DNA of 64,000 bases from contig NC_043001.1 of the NCBI RefSeq assembly GCF_006345805.1, positions 57,164,001-57,228,000 of the forward strand. The letters run 5' to 3'. Position numbers and translations under genes: made by a program. Of this stretch, positions 25,871 to 39,799 are shown piece after piece. Each line of letters starts with the position of its first letter. Within the stretch, counting starts at the first letter, position 1. The stretch comes from Octopus sinensis. Lineage: Eukaryota. The notes beneath the pieces are model-generated. The model was not told the DNA's origin and ran no database searches. It saw only the letters and a list, made by a program, of their open reading frames with translations.

Positions 25871-28118
25871 TTTCGAATTCCAGTATCTGCTGCAGACGTA
25901 CTGAGATATGATCGAGGAAGCTGGCTTTTGTGACCGGACACACACGCGCGCGCGCGCGCGCACACACACACACACACAGACACAAACACACACACACACC
26001 CACACACATCTATATGTGTGTGTGTGTGAATGGATGCAGCTGCATATGTAGGCGTCTGTGCGCGCAAATATCAAAGTCTCTACATATTTCTTTCGTTTTC
26101 TCTTCTCTCAACATTGTTTTTCATTATTATATTCCCTAAGAATTAACTTACATGCTATATCTCCTCACCTTTCTCTTTTTCTTTATCAACATTTTGATTT
26201 CTTCGTTTTACTCTTTGTTGTTCTTCCTCTTCTCTTTACCTTCTCTTTTAATTTCTATCTTTTCATCTCTCACTGTGTCTATTTTACTCTTTACAATTCT
26301 CTATTACTCAGCCACGTCTTAATATATCTGTGTCTATATATGTCTCTCCACATCGCACTTTCTATCTATTTACATCTTACTCTTTATCTCTCTATAGCTT
26401 TCTTTACCATTCACTCTCTCCAATTCTAATTTGTCTCATATATATGGAAATATCGGTATCCATCTACGAGGAATTTATTTAACTACGTTTTACAAAGTTC
26501 TTATTCCAGCTGTGTACGCTATGAAGCTGCAAATGATTAGCGGGTATTTCCTTTTGAAACAGCTAAACGTACCATTTATTGTTTGACGTGAACTGATAGA
26601 CCTTTACAAATACTATCCTATTGTTCTTCACTTGTATCCCTCCATCTTCAATGTATGACAATTATTACAAACAACATTCTACTCTGTTCAGTCAGCTGTA
26701 AAACTGTTTCCATCCTCAACGAACCTCGATCAATAGGAGCCTTGTGAAAGACAAGATTGACAGATGACCTTCTGTCTAAATATAACAAGCAACTAATTCC
26801 AAATCCTCTAGAAGTACTTGATGGAGAATAAATATTAAACGAATATATAAAAAAAGATCATAAAAACAATAAACTCTATTTAAGTACATAGCATCACGAA
26901 ACAGTAGTAATGTTTTGCTACAGGAATGTCAAATTAGTTTAAGATCTTGTATTAAGGAATCAAATGTCTTTCTCTGCCATTATTCACACTATCAAAAGAA
27001 TTGCGTCCTTATTCGCTATTCTTCTGATAGATTATTATTTTTTTGTTTGTTTTTCTGAACTATTACAATAGTTTCCATCTCTGGAGAAATAACCTCATGT
27101 GGGGAAGTCAATAAATTTGATTTATTCCAAACAATATTTGTTTCATTTTTTTGCGAGGGTTTAAGTTGATTGCATCGTCAATGGAATCCTTTTGGTATTT
27201 ATTTTATGGATGAAAGGAAAATTCGACCTCCATGGAATCTGAACCGAAGTCGACTTTGCCGAAACAATATGACATAAGTGAAGCTGGATTTTGGACGTGA
27301 GCCAGTTAGGAAACATACGAATAATCATCCAAAGCATGATAAGTGGAGACAGAAATACTGAAGACGGCCAATTAAACAACATACCAAAATTTTACATGTC
27401 AAAATGATTTACTATGGTGAAAAGAGACAAAGGAGGACATTTTGAAATCTAAATTAGTAAAGAATAGAATGGGAGAGATTTATAATAAACAAGTACGGTG
27501 ACCATTACTAGATTTCTCCGATACATAGTTTTTTCAGTATGTGTCTGAAAAATATAAAGATTTTGAATCAATGTATATGGACGTCATGACACTATAAAAT
27601 ATAGCTGGATATTTTCACCCAGAAACGACGTTTATATGAAAAACATCTAGTTATGTGGGAGCTAACGTATTCAATAAATTGAGTCAAATAAGTAAGTCTA
27701 CAAGAGGGTAAGAAATTCGCGTGAAATTTGAACGATGCTTGTCAGTTAATAAAAATCTTATATCCAATTTTGCATTCCTTTCGATGTAACCCCCTCATAT
27801 AAGAAACTACTTATAAAAAATGGCAGAAAATCACCTATCATCTCTATAGTTTAAAAGAAGTTGACAAGTCTAAATATTTAAATGTTTAAATAAATATTTA
27901 AATGTTTAAATAAATACGTTGACAATGTTTAAATACCAAATTTGAAACATTCGTCGATAAAAAAAATCTGCTTATTCAAAGATGATTTGAAAATTAAAAG
28001 TATCATGCCGACCCCCTAATATCTTTCGCATGAACTACATCTGTCACCAAAATTTCCCCGACTTTTTCAAATTCTAAAAATTTAACAACCATTCTTACCA
28101 TTATTGCATGATCTCCAC

Positions 28119-28274
28119 CTTTAAACTTTTAGAAATCACCTACACAAGCAATGGTGCCAGAAGTACTATCATCTCTAACAACACCAACATATACGACAGT
28201 ATCCACGTCATAATGTTCTTCAATTCTCCCGGTTACCAACACTCTCTTTCCATTGTCATCACTAACCATGACCA
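28119..28274 (+). repeat. Left arm of a 156-bp inverted repeat
   Basis: Ungapped match of about 141/156 to the reverse complement of 29178-29333 (manual count). Confidence 0.9.
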
Positions 28275-29177
28275 CCACTCCCTATTTCCGTGTCAACTCG
28301 TTCTTCCATTGTCCTCTATCAACCAACATCACTATTATTCATATATACATCATCATTACTACCACTACATATCACATACATAAATACACTATTTATTTTC
28401 CTACCATCCACTTACCATCATTGTAATCACCATCATGGAATCACAACCAGCAGCATGGTCATTAATATTGCAGCTACCACCACCACTAGCACCACTGACA
28501 CCGCTGCCTGTTTCGAAAAGATATCATTATCATAACTTCACTCTCCATCACCTCTATATTCAAGCAAAACAAAAACAACTATCGCCATCACAAATGCTGT
28601 ATCCCTACAAAGATCTCCATCCCGAGAGCCATCTATTCCCTAACATTATTCCGCTATATCCATAGGAATGCCCTCCTCCTCCCTTCATGCTGCAAGACAC
28701 TATACGTCTGGTGAAAGAAATTAATTGGAGAAGAATAAAGAAGCGTTAAGAATGGGGAAAACGATTATTGTTCTCTCCGCTCAATTATATCTCCTAAGAT
28801 TAGCACACTAACCTGGGAAATTACTAATCAACGAAATCTACAAATTTTCAGATGTATTAAGCAAATATAAGAAACTTGTTTAGGATTTAACATAGTTGTT
28901 TCTATTTGCAGTCTGTTCAATGGAGGCAATGGAATTTCTGTTTTGCTGTGGAATAATGTAGAGTTTAGTTGATACAAATATTGATTGTACACGTTGTAGA
29001 GGGAGTGCTAAAATAGTGAATCATATTGGCAGAGCAACAGATCAAGAAGTTTCATGGATTTAGAACTAAAGGTGATTGGGTCTGGTGAGGAGTGTGGAAA
29101 TGGAAAGAAATTAATATGTATTGCAGCAGAAACAGTGTCATTTGTAGGGAAGGAGGATGTGTAGTTCTGTGACAAAT

Positions 29178-29333
29178 TGGTCATGGTTGGTGATGACAAT
29201 GGAAAGAGAGTGTTGTTAACAAGAATAATTGTAGAAAATTATGACGTGGTTACTGTCGAATATGGTAGTGTTGGTAGAGATGATAGTACCTCTGGCACCA
29301 TTGTTTGTGTAGGTGATTTCTAAAAGTTTAAAG
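29178..29333 (-). repeat. Right arm of the 156-bp inverted repeat
   Basis: See 28119-28274. Confidence 0.9.
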
Positions 29334-29834
29334 TTGAACGAGAGAAGGGTTATGTTGATACAGAAATAGAAGTAGTACAAATATATCAAATTATGCATAT
29401 ACATACATATCTGCAAACACACACACACACGCACACACATACATATACATATTCTCTCTCCGCATATTTCTCGTGTCCCTTTCTGTTGAAGAGCGTAGGG
29501 TCTAAACCTGCCTCCGTCTTTTGTTTTCTCTCTCTCTCTATATATATATATAACAACAAAGTAAGAATTTAATTGTCACTAATTATGTCTGACGGTGCCG
29601 TGCAGCACCTATATTGCTAGAAATAATAGTTAAAAACCCCTTGGTGGCGCAGGAAGGCACGTTTTCATATACCGACAGGGGAAATAACCGCCCAGAGCGT
29701 AGTTACTGTCTGTATATACAATATGAATTCACCCCCTGAATTTATGGCTGTTTCAGCTAAGTGCTAACATGAAAATTATAAAATAACGAAGTGAGCTATA
29801 CACAATGTAAAATCATTTTGTCGTCGCTAGTATA

Positions 29835-29923
<89 letters not shown>

Positions 29924-30559
29924 ATGGTGCCACTTTAGCACGGTTATAGATTTGACAAATCTTTTGCTTTTTTCAATTTATGGATACAAAATCAAAAACA
30001 GTTTGGTCGTTTCTGTTTTAGTTTATCTCTCTTTCTCTTTTTTTTCTCTTTTTCTCTCAAAAACAAACTCACATATATGTATAAAAAAAATATGAAAGAC
30101 ACATTTGTATGCGTTGTCATTTGTTTTTCAATAATCAATCTTTTGGTGTGACAGTTCCTGAACATAAAATAAGCATACACATCAAATTATGTGCTGAAAA
30201 AAAGGAAGAGTGGATATCATTGAAACCGGAAGCAGTTTTGAATGGGCAGACTACCTTTCGTTTCCAACGACAATGAACATGAATTATATCTTACACCAGA
30301 GCATTCCTTATGTCAAGGCTAAATTGTTTTGTATATATTTTTAAATTTAATTAACTGTATATGTGGCTGATACTAACATTCATAACCTCCGTGTAATGAA
30401 AAATAAACAAGCTAATATTTAATCAGCAACACGTGCTTTAAAATTTTGCTACACTATTTCGCTTTTCACAAGCGTGAATTAAAACTATTTGGGACTGTTA
30501 ATCCTCTATAATGACAGTTTGCTATTAGCTCCAGTTTCGTAGTGTCATACAAACGATAA

Positions 30560-30760
30560 TATAATCTACCACACGGCTTTCTCCGTCCGGGTTGCGGATC
30601 CGAGGAACAAGCTGCCAGACGAGATGGTGAAGATGCCGACGACCGCTTTGTTCAAAGTCTCCCTTGACCTCAAGTGGCCTAAACTCTTTACATGAACACC
30701 ACCCTGTACATAACTCCATGTACCCCTACATGACCTTGCTTTTTGCTTTTTGAGCCAAAA
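30560..30760 (+). mobile_element. CR1/L2-group LINE 3' end
   Basis: Reads AFSVRVADPRNKLPDEMVKMPTTALFKVSLDLKWPKLFT, the FS.RV...WN.LP..VV......FK..LD..W C-terminus of CR1-like ORF2. Confidence 0.75.
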
Positions 30761-30919
30761 AATTAACTAATTAACATTGTTAATGAAGGTACAAATCCCA
30801 GAAGATATACACCGATTCCAAAGAATTGTCTATTAAATATAAAAAAAACCCCAGAAAGATTTCTAGGGTGTCCCACGTTTTAGTAGCTGATTGGTTTGAC
30901 TATCCCTTAAATGGTGTGT

Positions 30920-31200
30920 ACACTGTTGATGGATAAAATTCTAGAGGCGTTCGGTTCAGTGGAGAACGGTATGAAGAGTTTGGTTTGTACTCATCTTTGG
31001 GAGACACACTGGGTATTGCCGCAAAGGCAGAAATGCGTGTGTCGAATGGATTTTTCAATACCAATAGACGAGGAGTGAGACAGCATTTCTGCGGACCAAA
31101 GCTGCAAAGTATTGGTAGACGAGCAGTAGTCATTTGGGATGCCATGTTTCTGGATGCAGTCTGCGATGTGGAGTGTAGAAAAAGCAACGTCGTTACGGAG
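30920..31200 (+). mobile_element. L1/Tx1-like RT fragment
   Basis: DKILEAFG and VSNGFFNTNRRGVRQ resemble L..FGFG...VNG......RGVRQG of RT domain 3-4. Confidence 0.5.
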
Positions 31201-31965
31201 AGGAAAGTATTATTTCACTGTGTGTTTTAAGTATTCTAGGTGATCCACATAAAACATATATCTTTACCTCGGATATCTTTGGGTATTTTGTGTCCATCTG
31301 ATGCATATGGGAATTACAACGTAAATTTCTAGCTACATTATCAGTAGCAACTTCAAGTATTCTAAATGTGCATTGTAACAAACGGATAAATTACATTCAA
31401 ATATGTTTGTTCATATTAGCTGTGACTGTGCTTCTGTGCTGTGTATGTTCACAGATTATGGAACTCAAAACCTTTGTGTTTTATAACTTTCCCTCTGCAA
31501 TTTACAATATTGTCAATTCATTTATTTGTTCACAAACAATAGCCGAATAAAATACAAGCGTAACATAAAAATTAAATACTTTCGAGAAATACGCAAAAGG
31601 AAAATGTAAATTATTTAGCTAAATCTATGCATTACATGCAAAATACTCATATTATTTGCATAAATGTGTGTTTAATACATTAAGAAGTCCCTGATAACAA
31701 CTTTGAGGAGAAGAAAACAATCTCTGAGGAATGAAGTTTCTCGTTCTTGCCTTTGATTTATTGTAATAGGAATCAAGATAATGATGATGACATTAAGGAC
31801 GAAATGTGGTGGGGTTGAATATTCGGAGGAGCAGCGAAATAAAGAAAATTAAAGGGAAAAAATCAAAATGAAGTATAGTTTCTGGAGATAAAGTGTGATG
31901 TAGCAAATAGGTCTTGTTTTAAGACAAACACTCACTGCGTAATCGCCAATGTTCAATGATTTGAT

Positions 31966-32235
31966 CAACCACCACCACCACCACCACCACCACCACCACA
32001 CCATCACCATCACCATCACCACTACCACCATTCTCATGGTCGTCGTCACCATCGTTATCTTTATAGTTGTTGTTGTCGAAGTCATGGTGGTGGTGGGGGG
32101 CGGTAATGATTGTCAGCCTCCTTCTTCCCCTCCTTCTTCCCCTCCTCCTTCTCTTCCTGCTCTTCCTCCTCCTTCTTCTTCTTCTTCTTCTTCTTCGTCG
32201 TCGTCGTCGTCATCATCCTCATCATTCATCATTCA
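31966..32235. repeat. Compound (CAC)n / (CCT)n / (CTT)n / (TCG)n low-complexity tract
   Basis: Direct reading. Confidence 0.9.
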
Positions 32236-33014
32236 TATAGTATTTTAAATTTGAAGTCCTAAATCATTTCAATCAGTCTTCTTTAGGGATGTATAATGAT
32301 GAAAGAATAACATCCTGAATAGCAAAATGTGTTGCGAAAAAGAAGAAATGTTATCGCAACACATTTCGCTGTAGTAACTTTCACAATATTAACTGATCAC
32401 AGTTTGTGGAAACATAGAATCAAGAATGCGCTGATCGAAATATTGCTTCAGTATTTTCTTTTTATGACTAAGATCTGATTCCAAAAAACAAGTACCAATG
32501 TGACGATAAGTATCTTGTATTAAGAGATATTGATTAAATATCCACGCGCATATACAGAATATTTGTCTGCTTTAATTGAATTAACTAATTACATTTGTTT
32601 GTTTAATTTTTGTTATCCAATACAACCCCGACCCATCCCTATTTGAGCAGATCTATGATCAAAGGCATTTTAGCTTTGACCATCAGAAATGTTTGTCATT
32701 TCTTTTATTTTCGAAACAGACTGAATGTTATATTAGTGACAAATCGAATGATTTCGTTGAGCTCCCGAAGGATATAAGTCGTTATGTATATATCTAGGTT
32801 TATAATGTAGCAAATGATATACAGAAGTGTTGTTGATTGTAGCATCCCCAAAGACAAACTATTGATTCGTTTAAGAGCACTGGGCTTTCGGTTTGCTCGC
32901 TGATTAGAATGCTGGACGCGCGTTAAAAACAGACACACTGTCATATATATCATATATATATGTATATGACTGATTTCCTGTCTATTTGTGTGTATGTGTG
33001 TGTCTGTCTTCCTG

Positions 33015-33750
33015 CATATCAATGTACTCTCAACTTGGCAAACCAGAAATAAACTCTCTAAGTACTTAAAAAACATTATTAGAAGGAAAATATCCGACTA
33101 GTTTAATCAAAATCGGTATAGAACGTGCAAAGACGACACACATCCAAGAGTTATGAAAAACAAGAAAACATGACACACTTTAAAACTTTAATTTACGTAT
33201 CAACATACAATCCGAGGAACATTAAAGCATACAATATCATCCATCGATGAACGACTTGCTGGTACAAAACGCACCGAAAAGACAATAATTAAAAATGACA
33301 ATCGCAATCCCTAAAGGGGTTACTTACCAGCTGCAAATTACCCACCAGAAATACAACTCTACAATTCAAAATATTCAACCGCCCTAACTGCGGGACTTGC
33401 ATCTACCCCCTGGAGGGTTCAACATATAAATTTAAGTCAGGTCAAATTTTCACTATAAAATAATGATTTTACATGTGCATTGAAGAACTTAATCTATGTC
33501 CTCAAATGTGGTGGGATGTGATGGAAAATTCACAGTTCAAACTAGTTTGTCCTTGTTCACGGTACACAGGCAACAAATCCGGGGCCCCACGACGAGGAAA
33601 ATTCCCGTCAGCAAACACCTATCAATGCCTCTCTATCAATGCACCGGAAACACTTCAACCCAATTCCAATTGAATAAAGAAATCACGCTCATAAAAAATG
33701 AAAACTACAACGAAATATCCTTTAATAACATACTAAAAAGATGAAAGAAA
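33015..33750 (+). mobile_element. Decayed Penelope-like element (thumb plus GIY-YIG), same family as 49550-50477
   Basis: YVSTYNPRN, NLIYVLKCGG, TVHRQQIR and LYQC...LNKEITLI motifs parallel the better-preserved copy at 49550. Confidence 0.75.
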
Positions 33751-34273
33751 CTCAGTTTTTCCACAAAATAAAAATGCCAAGTACAACAGACATAATTTTA
33801 AAACTTTCGGAACTGGGTCCCCTCTGTGTTCTGAAACCCCAACTCCAAATCACTATACAATAACACCATACACATTCTCAAACATCATTTCTCTTGTTCC
33901 CTTCTCACTAGACCAAAGAAATTTTACCTCCGATCAGAACCGAACCCTCAGAAAAACTGATTCCTTAAGAAAATCAGCCAACTGGAAAGGTTGATAACTA
34001 TTAGGCAAAAACTAATGATCGAGATCCTAAAGGAAATTCAGCCAAGCAGAACGCTAAACTTGACCAAAAGAAAAACAGGTTCATTATCAAAATTATCAAA
34101 ATAAGGTGATGTCACGAAATCTACTATCAATAAAAAAAACCAACCCACCAGCCAACCAAACAACCAACGAACCAGCCAACTAACCAACCATTAGTGCTAA
34201 AGCACTAATGCCAAAATCAAATCTATTTTCTGACCTAAAATCACCAGAAAGATGTCATCAAAATTATAACGAA

Positions 34274-34320
<47 letters not shown>

Positions 34321-34384
34321 TACACACACACACATACACACGCATACACTTCTTTCTTTTCTCCTGGACTTTCCTCTGTCTCCT

Positions 34385-34419
34385 GTTTCTGAAGAAGAGC
34401 TTTGCTCGAAACGTAAAAC
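34385..34419 (+). ncRNA. Minimal type I hammerhead ribozyme (extra A after A9; ACGU palindromic helix III)
   Basis: gttt-CTGAAGA-a-gagc-ttt-gctc-GAA-ACGT-A-aaac: helix I gttt/aaac, helix II gagc/gctc, predicted cleavage after A34415. Confidence 0.7.
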
Positions 34420-34610
34420 CGCATTTCTTTCCTTCCCTGAGCGCCTGGTAAAACTTTGCGTGTACCACGATCTCGCGTTGCTGTTTTTCTTGTGTTTTTG
34501 TTCGTTTTTATTGTTGGGGGGGTTACATACACACACGTATATACCTACATACAAACATACCTATATACATAGACACACACACACACACACACACATATAT
34601 GCATATATAT

Positions 34611-34663
<53 letters not shown>

Positions 34664-34957
34664 TATATATAAATTCTACCAAAATTGTCGCGTATATAAA
34701 CATCTATTCGCCTGTTACTTATTATACTTACACCGTCCAACAGCTCACTGAGGAATAACTGGACTTCAGAATTTTCTCGCAACAATATCCATCAGATAGA
34801 ATATATGTTTATGCCGGTGGAGAATCTCACTGTGGTGTTAGTCTATCTACCTATTTGCTTGTACCTTACACATCCATGTGCCACGAGCGTTAATGAATCG
34901 TTTGAAATGATAAATATATAAACATAGACACACAGACATACACACACCGGTGATTGT

Positions 34958-35002
34958 CGTACGCTGATGACGGGTCAAGACCCAGAAACTGCAGTCCGTG
35001 CG
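34958..35002 (+). ncRNA. Type I hammerhead ribozyme with canonical GUC site
   Basis: cgtacg-CTGATGA-c-gggtc-aa-gaccc-a-GAA-ACTGCAGT-C-cgtgcg: 6-bp helix I (one G-U), complete core, 8-nt palindromic helix III, cleavage after C34996; C-A mismatch at the base of helix II. Confidence 0.75.
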
Positions 35003-35163
35003 TATCACTTAGGTTGACGAGGGAAGGATGACCTCCTTTTGGATGACCGATAGGGCACAGAATATGTGTCAATACCCGGCTGGAGACGATGTTCTCCTGG
35101 GGCTACAAGCTACAGTAATACCCACCCTTAGTGGCTAGCCATATTGAGATGGCAAGTATACCT

Positions 35164-35195
<32 letters not shown>

Positions 35196-35203
35196 ATATA
35201 TAA

Positions 35204-35277
<74 letters not shown>

Positions 35278-35319
35278 GAGAGAGAGAGAGACATATTTCA
35301 ATATGTGATCGCGTGTGTA

Positions 35320-35500
35320 TCGTTGGCGATTTTCTTTCTCCGTCTTCCCTTCCTTGAACCCTTCCTATTTCTATGTTTCTGACGAAGTGATCCGCTCGAA
35401 ACGTTAAATCCTCTTTCTTTCCTTTCTTTCCTGAGCGTCCAATAATACTATACTTGTTCCACGTCCTCGCATTGTTGTGTTTTCTCTTTGTTCATGTTTG
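35320..35500 (+). mobile_element. Second copy of the short HHR-bearing element at 34360-34510, with decayed HHR at 35375-35409
   Basis: Colinear similarity to 34360-34510 (tttctga.gaag.g....gctcgaaacgt.aaa...ttcc.tgagcg...ccacg.tc.cgc.ttg.tgttttt). Helix II has two mismatches. Confidence 0.75.
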
Positions 35501-35541
35501 GATTAACTATATATACATACATACATACATACATACAAACA

Positions 35542-35586
<45 letters not shown>

Positions 35587-37809
35587 TATACACACACGCT
35601 CACAGACACGCACATACACACACATACACACACACCACATATATATATATATATATGCATAGCGTGAGAGATAAATAAATAGATAGATTGATAGATGCAT
35701 ACATACATGGTTATAGATTTTGAAGCGCTATCAGTTAGAGATATGTGACTTATTTTTCCCGATGTGGATCCGTGGATCCCATTTTTAATAAAAGGAATGA
35801 CTGCATATGCATTCGAATATCTATATCTGAAAGTCTGGTCAAATGAAAAACATAGAGACAAATATGAAGATCAAAACTCACTATGACAGAAACAATGGGA
35901 AAAACAATAACATGTATATTAATAATTATTGAAGCATCAGCTGCTACAGAAATTCACATGTCTCTGCAGACGGAAAATGCATGTAAGGGCAGCTGTTTCA
36001 AAAATATGTGAGAAATATGACTTAATTTTGCCTGTTCGGAATCTATACAAGCACACACACACACACATTTATAAGTATTTATGTAGGTATGTGCAACCGT
36101 ATCCGTGTGTATTTATATATACGTCTAAATAGATAACATACTTAACAATTAGATTATTACAATTATGGAATGAAGTCAGTTCAGGGCAGTAGAGAATAAA
36201 ATGTAAACTTGAATGAAATCGAAGTTTCGTATACCTTTACAAGAGAGGAGAAAATATAGGTCATCAATTAATGTCTCACATGTTGGAGAAAATAGTTAAA
36301 AGAACCTCGAAGTTATTTCTAAAAACTGAAAGTAGAATGGCACAGCTGGGTTTTAGATAATATTTTTATTCTACGTTCTTCTGACATCACACACAGACAC
36401 ACACGCACGCGCGCACCGCTACACGCAAACAATCAAATAAACAAACATATACACAAACACTCATATGTTATATATATATATATATATATATATACGCATG
36501 CACACACATACACTCACACACACACACAACACATTTTGTGGTGCGTAATTAAACGAAGACTTAGGAAGATTAAGCAATGCTTCAGTTAAATACTTTAACG
36601 AATATAAACAAAAAATATCCTTTCTAATCAACTGAAAGTACAGTTGAAGCATACGAATTATTACATTATGTATTGACTTTTATGTTTATATATATCATCT
36701 CCCTTTCTCTGATTATAGATCACTCGCTGGTAAAACAATCTTTAATTAGGAATAGTATAACAATGTTTGAATATTTTTTTTGACAGTTTATCACTAGTTA
36801 AACTTTATTTACTTCAAGATAACGTAGCAGTAATCACAAAAAAATAGTGAAAGTATGAATATAACGCCTAACAATGGTTTAAATTCAGCAGTAACTATTC
36901 TTTGAGAAGCATTGAAAGGATTGTGAAACGTTCAGTAAAGAGATTCCATTTCCCTTCATATCAAAAGCATGAAGCAAATGTGCCTATATACTCTTATCTT
37001 ATTTCATCCAAAGCTGTATAATAAATAAATTTACGAGTGATATATTTAGTGCACAAACAGCTAATGTTTAATCAGTGACGAGTCGTCAAAAGCACAAGTA
37101 CCCAAACCAGGCTACCTTCTCCAATGTGCTAACCGTTTGTGGTACTGATTGTATACAGAATCTGAGTAATTCCTACTGCCATTCCCACATAATTATAATA
37201 GAAAGTCTCTTCACATTCTTATTTTTACTCAACACTTATTGATGTTTCATAAAATATACACGCAGGTATATATTTCTATAGATATAGATGTAAACGCACA
37301 TACAAATCATTCAAATACAGATCTTCTTACTCATCTTGCTCTTAAAATAGGAAACAACAATGGCCATCATATCCAAGACGCAAGCTAAGCATCTTCCTTA
37401 AGGAGCACATTACCGGAAATTAAAAAGGATGTTATATAAATTCCTTCTGTCACGTAAAAGTTTAATTTACCCATTTGCACACAACTTACTCCCTCATCAT
37501 ATAATCCAGGGTTGCTACTTTGTATGCAAGTCATTTGGATTTAGCATTCAGTATATAAAATGCAGTAACTATAGAACAAGGAAAATAGCATACTTTTATA
37601 CATGTACATCCCCACTTAAACACGTATGTGTGTACACACGCTCGCGTACAGCCACACATTTTAATATATAATTGTATGTGTGTGTATGTGTTTGTATGAA
37701 TGAGTATTTGAGTGTAAGATGTATGCATATATAGATACATATATCACAGAGCATATATATACGAGTGTATGCTTGTATAAAGTTATTCATATGCATATGC
37801 ATACATCAT

Positions 37810-37909
<100 letters not shown>

Positions 37910-38795
37910 CATATGTATAAATTGTTTGCATCATATATATTTATATCTCTCCATAAATGTATGCTTTTTGTGTGTATATATATGCATGCAGGGAGCATAA
38001 GCAGGAAGACAGTAATTGTATAGTATATAGCAAGATACATGCATGTTTAAGAAAATTATGGTCAAGATAAGCCGGGATAATAGTATTATGAACACACCTA
38101 TTACATGAGGTACACCATCACCTAAAGAAACATCTGAGTAAAATTGAAATGTTAAGCCAAGTTTAGAGCTGCTAAATTGAGTGAGATAATAAACTTATTA
38201 AATTACAGGGTTTACGATATCTTCTATTGATCTCCAGTTTTAGCGTTGTTTCTCAAACATACCTTTTTTCTTTCCTCTTTTCGCTTATTTTCTGTTTCAC
38301 TTTCTCTTTCATTTTCGCTCAATGTGTCTGACACTGTTTAGTTTGTTGTTTATTGTTTGAGTCGATTTGACTTACGTTAGTGTGTGATTGTGCATTGATC
38401 TTAAGATTATATGGTATACTGACTTTACAGGAAAACATTAGATGCAGGCTGATATGATGCATTCATGTCTAGACATTACAACATGAAATAAGATTTAGGC
38501 AGATACAAAAGGAGTTATTTGAAATAGCTATATAAGCATATAAGAAGATGAAACAAAAGAAGACAAAGGATAACAATAAATTAATTTTACTTTCATTTAC
38601 TTTAGCTACATTACTAATTCTGGTTCCGTTATCTACGATGACAGACATTTGCGTGCTCGCAGCTAATCACGTCTGTGTGCATATCTGTGTGTGAGAGAGC
38701 GCGAGAGAATACATACACGCAAATATATGTGTGTGTACAGGTCAGTAGGCATGCATGGATGTATGTGCGTATGTATGTATATGCGTATGTAAGTA

Positions 38796-38845
<50 letters not shown>

Positions 38846-39027
38846 TATATAAATACACACATACACACATACGCATACATATATATAAGCATATGTCTAT
38901 GTATATACATATATTACACATATGCATATACCTAAGCATACACATGTATATAATTTTATCACAATTTCCTTATCTGCGATGACATCCACATGCTCTCTGT
39001 ATCGGTCTATCTTTCCGTCTCCCTCTT

Positions 39028-39103
<76 letters not shown>

Positions 39104-39455
39104 TTGTATGTGTGAGTGTGCGCGCGCGCGCGTGCGTGTGTGTCCAAATATTTGAATGTATATATCTACACATATATATTTACACACTTGCATATATACA
39201 TATATGCGTAACATAATACTTCGCTTCTGTATTTGGTTTGCAAGATCCTTGATGTGAACTCGTATTATGAAACAAATCTTTTTGTATTTCAGTTGGGTCA
39301 TTATGCCAATAATAAGCGCTCGTACTGGTTTAACAATTACTATTAAATCTGTATACTTATATGTATTTGTGGCAGGTATATACATTTGATACCTCAGGTT
39401 TAAACTAATCAGTGTAACACTAGTTGCCCTTCCGTCTGTATATTTGCGTAGAAGA

Positions 39456-39665
39456 GGCTGTGTGATAAGTAGCTTGCTTACGAACCACATGGATCCGGGT
39501 TCAGTCCCACTGCGTAGCATCTTGGGTAAGTGTCTTCTACTATAGCCTTGAGCCAACCAAAGTCTTGTGAGTGGATTTGGTAGACGAAAACGGAAAGAAG
39601 CCCGTGGTATATATGTACATATATATGCGCGTCTGTATTTGTCCCCCCCCCAACATCGCTTAGGG
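39456..39665 (+). mobile_element. tRNA-SINE, 5' half plus start of 3' half
   Basis: Matches the 57004 copy. Confidence 0.9.
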
Positions 39666-39799
39666 TTTTATTGACAGCATTACCTCTCATAACCTCTGTC
39701 TGTCTGTCTGTCTATCCGTCTCTCTCTCTCCCTCTCTCTCTTTCTTTCTCTCTCTCTCTCCCCCTATATATATATATATATATATATATATGAATACGA

